Origin: Candidatus Saccharimonadota bacterium
GTDB taxonomy: Bacteria > Patescibacteriota > Gracilibacteria > BD1-5 > UBA6164
Assembly: GCA_965227835.1 (NCBI GenBank)
Contig: OZ245768.1
Coordinates: forward strand, 600,001 to 632,000
DNA length: 32,000 nucleotides
Direction of reading: 5' to 3'
Within the stretch, counting starts at the first letter, position 1. Every line of letters begins with the position of its first letter. Positions 31,360 to 32,000 of the stretch are shown in pieces. The notes under the pieces are model-generated. The model was not told where the DNA came from. It saw nothing but the letters and a program-made list of their open reading frames with translations, and made no database searches. Made by a program: the position numbers and the translations under genes.

Positions 31360-31413
31360 TGTTCACGACAAGAGAGAGACCAAACGGCTAACTACCTAAG
31401 GACATCTCTTTTT
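31360..31413 (+). ncRNA. Candidate ~50-nt small RNA (promoter + hairpin + U-run), unknown family
   Basis: The transcript predicted from the consensus promoter is GTTCACGACAAGAGAGAGACC-AAACGGCTAACTACCTAA-GGACATCTCTT-TTTTTT. AAGAGA pairs with TCTCTT and CC with GG, followed by 7 T. Only a 10-codon ORF lies within it. The plus-strand T-run abuts the stop of the convergent NYN gene. Confidence 0.3.
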
Positions 31414-31911
31414 TTATTGTTTTAATAGTTCTATTTTTTTTCTTATATCTGGTAAACTAAGATTACTTCTGTATTTAGTTTCTATTTTTTTATATAAAGA
31501 AGAATGATTCTTGTTTGGAAATAGAACTTTTTTAAGTCTATTTTTCTTTATTAAATATTTAACTAATTTTATGTAGTCTCAATCTCAAGAAACCAAAACT
31601 ATTTTATCAAAATCATTTTCTTCTATAAGTCTATACATTATTTCAAAAGTTATATCAACATCTACATTTCATTTTTTCTTTCACTTCATTGCAGTATGAT
31701 GTTCTCTAAAAATCAATATAAATCCAGCTTTCTGTATTTTCCTATACATTTTCTGATTAATATCTACAAATCATAAAAAAATACATGCTTCGAATACATT
31801 ATATTTTTTTTCTAAGTAAACTCTAAATTTCTTAAAATCTACTTTCCATCCGTCTGACAAAGTTAAAAGATGAAGATTTTGTCAATCTATAAATGCTATA
31901 TCATTATTCAT
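31414..31911 (-). CDS. NYN/LabA-like (PIN-related) domain protein, 165 aa
   Basis: ATG 31911 to TAA 31414-31416. Motifs: IAFIDGQNL, KGNVDVDITFEIM and IVLVSGDGDYIKLV, which together form the typical LabA/DUF88 acidic-residue pattern. Confidence 0.75.
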
Positions 31912-31970
31912 TTTTTAAAATTATAGGTTAGTTTTTACTCTTTTAATATAAAAGTAATATATACTTAATT

Positions 31971-31999
31971 TATTATATCAAAAATTTTTTGATATAATA
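31971..31999. promoter_or_regulatory. Palindrome carrying back-to-back TGATATAAT boxes (divergent extended -10 promoters)
   Basis: TATTATATCAAAAA is mirrored by TTTTTGATATAATA. The minus-strand box (31980-31972) lies ~60 nt upstream of NYN ATG 31911. The plus-strand box (31990-31998) points out of the window. Confidence 0.4.
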
Positions 32000-32000
32000 A

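Noticed and set aside
31358-31390. A 10-codon ORF (ATG TTC ACG ACA AGA GAG AGA CCA AAC GGC TAA) within the candidate sRNA, read as a leader peptide.
   Set aside because: It is too short and has no SD. It overlaps the hairpin stem, and nothing downstream on the plus strand could be regulated by it. It remains only a formal possibility.
1-32000. Reading the window with the standard code: short ORFs everywhere, suggesting a heavily pseudogenised or non-coding region.
   Set aside because: The breaks are all TGA, and they fall on conserved glycines of well-known motifs. Reading TGA as Gly gives uninterrupted full-length housekeeping proteins.

Overview
This very AT-rich bacterial window is only coherent under genetic code 25 (UGA = Gly). 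That points to a Gracilibacteria or Absconditabacteria (SR1) type Patescibacteria/CPR genome. The supplied standard-code ORF track is therefore badly fragmented. I retranslated by eye with TGA = Gly, scanned the long genes codon by codon for TAA/TAG, and checked that every start-to-stop length is divisible by 3. This gives a densely coding map of about 27 CDS.

Identifiable housekeeping genes:
- rlmN
- rseP-type M50 protease
- HD hydrolase
- EamA/DMT-type transporter
- tgt
- NYN/LabA-like protein
- type IV pilin-like protein
- a very large GT-C-like membrane protein

The left 3.6 kb is an IS hotspot. It holds a partial IS30-family transposase plus two related ~1.2 kb IS5-family elements in opposite orientation. 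Both IS5 elements sit inside a nicotianamine-synthase-like gene. Removing both elements and one copy of each target duplication restores an uninterrupted 285-codon ORF. Two tandem CooC/MinD-like P-loop ATPases follow that gene.

The most novel content is two blocks of large proteins I could not assign to any family:
- A minus-strand block at 8795-15805 encodes proteins of 96, ~95, 676 and 1321 aa. The 676-aa protein has a peptidoglycan-binding-like motif and internal repeats.
- A 1022-aa orphan is transcribed divergently, from mirror-image promoters, against a 475-aa all-helical protein plus a classic AAA+ ATPase (21949-27734).

I also flag a consensus promoter driving a ~50-nt hairpin-terminated transcript, TGATATAAT-bearing palindromes, a hairpin-dense intergenic region with a duplicated structured element, and an (AGAGT)4 repeat. 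I found no rRNA, tRNA or CRISPR array. All family assignments rest on motif recognition from memory, not on searches.
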